Shown here piece after piece: positions 60,801-64,000 of a stretch of 64,000 bases of DNA. The notes under the pieces were generated by a model. It was not told the origin of the DNA, searched no databases, and worked only from the letters and a program-made list of their open reading frames with translations. Each line of letters begins with the position of its first letter. Position 1 is the first letter of the stretch. Both the position numbers and the translations under genes were made by a program. The stretch comes from Phaeosaccion multiseriatum (taxonomy: Eukaryota; Protista; Ochrophyta, other classes), in NCBI GenBank assembly GCA_965112735.1, contig OZ218953.1, forward strand, positions 3,472,001 through 3,536,000. The letters run 5' to 3'.

Positions 60801-62169
60801 GAGGGGGGCGCAGACAGCGACGGAGGGTCTGCGGCGGCGGGCCCGGGAGCACATGTTGGCTTCTTGGAAGCGGGTCTGACATCCGTCAACCTGGCAGAAC
60901 TCGCGGTGGAGGTGGAGAACTGGTGAGTCTGTGAGTGCGTGTGTGCGTGCGTGCGTGCGTGCGTGTGTGAGTGAGTGATTGAGTGAGTGAGTGATTGATT
61001 GATAGAGTGAGTGAGTGAGTGAGTGAGTGAGTGCGTGAGTGAGTGCGTGAGTGAGTGAGTGAGTGAGTGAGTGAGTGCATGAGCGAGTGAAAGAGTGAGT
61101 GAGTGCGTGAGTGAGTGCGAGCGTGCGTGTGTGGACGAAAGGCCGGTGCTTTCTTCGTCCATACTTCTTCCCTGCTTCGCTTTTCCTCGCTCGGATGATT
61201 TTTTTTTTTTCTTCATTTTTCTAACATGTTCCAACACATGAACCCCCTCAGGCTGAACCCGACCAGCGACGACCGCCTCTGCATGGCCAAGCCTGGGACA
61301 GACATGCCTCGATTACTGGAGCTGGACACCGTCGCCCTCCTCGAGCATCCTACCCCCGCTCTGCTGGCCAAGCACCTCGACGAGCTCCTATTCGGGGCCG
61401 AGGGAGGGAGCGGCGGGACAGAGCAGGAGGGCTCCCCACGCGCCACCAAGGGCACCGACGAGAAAGAGGAGCAACTACCGCAATACAAAGAGGAGCACCA
61501 ACAGCAGGAGCAAGGCCAACAGGACCAGCAGGAACATCAGGGCGTGGACGTGGCCATTATCGGTATGGCTTGCCGCTTCCCCGGGGGTTGCAACAGCCCG
61601 GAGGAGCTGTGGGCCAAGCTGTGCGCAGGGACGGACTGTGTACGCGACGCTCCCCCCGAGAGAGGGCTCGGCAAAGACGTGCAAGGTGAGCGCTCTCCCT
61701 CCCTGTCGAGGCAGGGGAAGTCCAGGGTCGGGGGCTTGGGGGTCAGAGGATCACAGTCAGCGTGCGTAAGGAGGGGCAGGGTCCGGGTCGGCGTAAAGAG
61801 GGCAGGGGTAGGATCGGGATTCAGGGGCAAGGACATCGGGCAGGGGGTCGGGGGTGGGGCTTGCAGAGCGCTTTTAGCAACATGAGCTCGTGGGTGGTCG
61901 TGGAAGGAGGCGTGGAGCGCAGCCTTTGTCGACCCATCCAAGCACACCACCAGAGCCCATCATGCCGTTGACGCTCCTCATGTACCCCGCTCTTCTTTCC
62001 CCGTCTGTGCTGCCCCTGTCCCCTGTGTGTGCTGCACTACAGGCGGTTTCATCGACGACGTGGAGCTGTTCGACAACGCCTTCTTCGGCATCTCCGCGGC
62101 CGAGGCGGCGGCTATGGACCCCTCCCAGCGCCTCATGCTCGAGACTTCCTACAAGGTGAGTGAGGGGTA

Positions 62170-62201
<32 letters not shown>

Positions 62202-64000
62202 CAAGAGTACATTTTTTTGGACGCAGATTAAAAGTAAGAAGTGGAAAGCCTGTCTGCCTATCTGCCTGTCTGCCTGTCTGCCTGCCTGTCTGCTTGCCTG
62301 CCTGTCTGCCTGCCTGAATATCTACCTGCCTGTCTGTCTGCCTGCCTGAATGCCTGCCTGCCTGTCTGTCTGCCTGCCTGTCTGTCTGTCTGTCTGTCTG
62401 TCTGTCTCCCTGTCTGCTCGCCTGTCTGGCTGACTGGCTGGTTGGCTCGCCGCCCCTCCTTCCGGCCGGCCTGCCTGCCTGCCTGCATGCTCCTCACCAA
62501 GAGAATAAATCTAAACCTCTGTGTGACCTTGAACTTCAAACAAACTTTAAACAGGCCCTGCATGCGGCCGGGTTTCCGGGCCGGCACGCTCTTCGGGGAC
62601 AGAAAGTGGGTGTTTTTGTGGGTATGGCGGGTAGCGACTGGGCCGCCCTGGAGCACAAGGTGGCGCACGGCAAGGCAGTGAGCGGCAGCAGTAAGGCAGT
62701 GAGCGGCAGCAGTAAGGCAGTGAGCGCCCCTCCCTCGGGCTACTCCGTCGTGGGCAGCTGCCCCGGCTGCGTGGCGGGCCGCGTCTCACAGAGCTTGGGT
62801 CTCACGGGCCCAAGTCAGACCCTGTGCGCGGCATGTCCATCCTCGCTGGTGGCGCTGGATGCGGCATGCAACAACCTGGTATTGGGGCGGTGCTCGGCGG
62901 CGGTGGTGGGGGGCGTGAACCTGCTGCTGCATCCAGATACCTTCCACTCGCTGGGAAGGGCCGGTCTGCTCTCCAAGCGACGGTAAGTGCGGGAGTCAGT
63001 GAGTGAGTGAGTGAGTCAATGAGTGAGTGAGTGTGTGAGTGTGTGAGTGTGTGAGTGTGTGAGTGAGTGAGTGAGTGAGTGAGTGAGTGAGTGAGTGTGT
63101 GTGTGTGTGAGTGAGTGAGTTAAATAACGAGGGAAAGTCAGTGGGCAGTCGTCCGTATGCCTCGCCTCACTGCATGCCCCTTCCGACCCCTTTCCGACCA
63201 CACACAGCCGCTGCAAGTCGTTCGACGCTTGCGCCGACGGTTACGTGCGGGCCGAGGGCTGCGGCGCTATCGTTGTGAAACGCCTCGACGACGCTGTGGC
63301 GGCGGGGGACAACGTACTCGCGGTCATCAAAGCCACAGCCGTCAGCCACAACGGAGCAAGCGCCTCCCTCGCGGCGCCCAAGGGACAGGCCATGCAGAGT
63401 GCGGCTAGGGACGCACTGGCCCGAGGGGGCTTACATGGTACGGAGGTGAGCTACGTGGAGGCACACGGTACCGGCTCCAAGCTGGGGGACGCCATCGAGA
63501 TGGGTGAGTGTGTGAGGTATAGCAGAGGGGGGAGGATGAGGGAGCAGAGGAGAGGCGGGAGGAGGGAGTAGAGGAGAGGGGTGGGGGTGAGCGGGTTTAG
63601 GAGAGTAGGGGTGGACGACGGAACACAGGATAGGGGTGGATGAGTACGTACAGTACAGCAATGGGGGGTGGGTGGAGGAGTGCACTACAGCAGAGGGGGG
63701 TGGGCGAGTGGGTGGATGAGTGCAGCAGAGAGGGGTAGGTGAGTGCAGCAGTGGGGATGGGTAAGGGACCAGGCAAGGACGACGTGGGGTTGTGGGAGGT
63801 GCAGAAGAGAGGGCGGGCAGCAGTGACAAAGCGACTTGACACCCTGTTCTCTCAAACTCTCACGTCACGCGCCGCATGTGTGCACTTGTGCTCTTGCTTT
63901 TGCTTTTGCTTTGTCTCCTCCTCCTCATGCAGGGGCTCTTAAGGCCGTGTTCGCCCCTTCCGACCGGCCTCTCCGCTCGCCCCTCGTGGTTGGGTCGGTC
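57595..64000 (+). CDS. Type I polyketide synthase with FAAL loading module: fatty acyl-AMP ligase, ACP, ketosynthase; runs off the right end; at least 10 exons
   Basis: FAAL motifs: [79 protein letters not shown] and [14 protein letters not shown] motifs: [17 protein letters not shown] motifs: [42 protein letters not shown] and EAHGTG. Confidence 0.95.
60923..61130 (+). repeat. (GTGA)n/(GTGC)n intronic microsatellite in the PKS
   Basis: Follows the TG|GTGAGT donor that splits the ACP coding region. Confidence 0.9.
62170..62490 (+). repeat. (CCTG)n/(TCTG)n intronic microsatellite in the PKS
   Basis: Directly visible degenerate tetranucleotide array. Confidence 0.9.

Noticed and set aside
62672-62725. 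21-bp tandem repeat (KAVSGSS x2.5) in the KS domain
   Set aside because: It is in frame and in a variable KS loop, so it is most likely neutral slippage.
1-64000. tRNA/rRNA genes, prokaryotic operons or Introner-like repeated introns
   Set aside because: No cloverleaf or rRNA signature was seen. Introns share only simple repeats, not extended sequence similarity, by eye.
31495-64000. A single lipid-biosynthesis gene cluster linking the PKS with DHHC and RCE1
   Set aside because: The PKS is about 19 kb from RCE1 and separated by unrelated genes, and no tailoring enzymes or transporters flank it within the window.

Overview
This is GC-rich, intron-rich eukaryotic nuclear DNA with GT-AG introns full of microsatellites. 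It is most likely from a photosynthetic stramenopile (ochrophyte). That is an inference: several genes start with a signal peptide followed by Phe (ASAFAP-like bipartite plastid targeting), and the CDK resembles the stramenopile CDKA2 type. About 18 compact protein-coding genes can be reconstructed: a P5C-reductase-like oxidoreductase (partial), a SOUL heme-binding protein, a conserved hypothetical protein, an RsuA/RluB pseudouridine synthase, a GGNBP2-like protein, an archaeal/plant-type D-aminoacyl-tRNA deacylase (DTD2/GEK1), a class II HDAC, two ERF2-like DHHC palmitoyltransferases, an EDRF1-like protein, an FG-GAP membrane protein, the CAAX protease RCE1, CKS1, a CDK1-like kinase, a MORN protein, a C2orf81-like protein, a CTFxP-repeat protein, and the 5' part of an intron-containing FAAL-ACP-KS type I polyketide synthase. 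The most notable observations are: (i) the FAAL-primed PKS has a non-canonical KS active site (CAACPSS); (ii) an integrin-alpha-like propeller is fused to a domain resembling coral skeletal acidic matrix proteins; (iii) a frame-preserving 9-nt microexon sits inside a DHHC catalytic domain; (iv) two head-to-head gene pairs are functionally linked (CKS1/CDK and RCE1/DHHC); (v) the DTD2 is apparently plastid-targeted; and (vi) there are several small MITE- or LINE-like elements and microsatellites seeded at splice donors. All family assignments come from motif recognition by eye with no database search, and exon boundaries were called manually.
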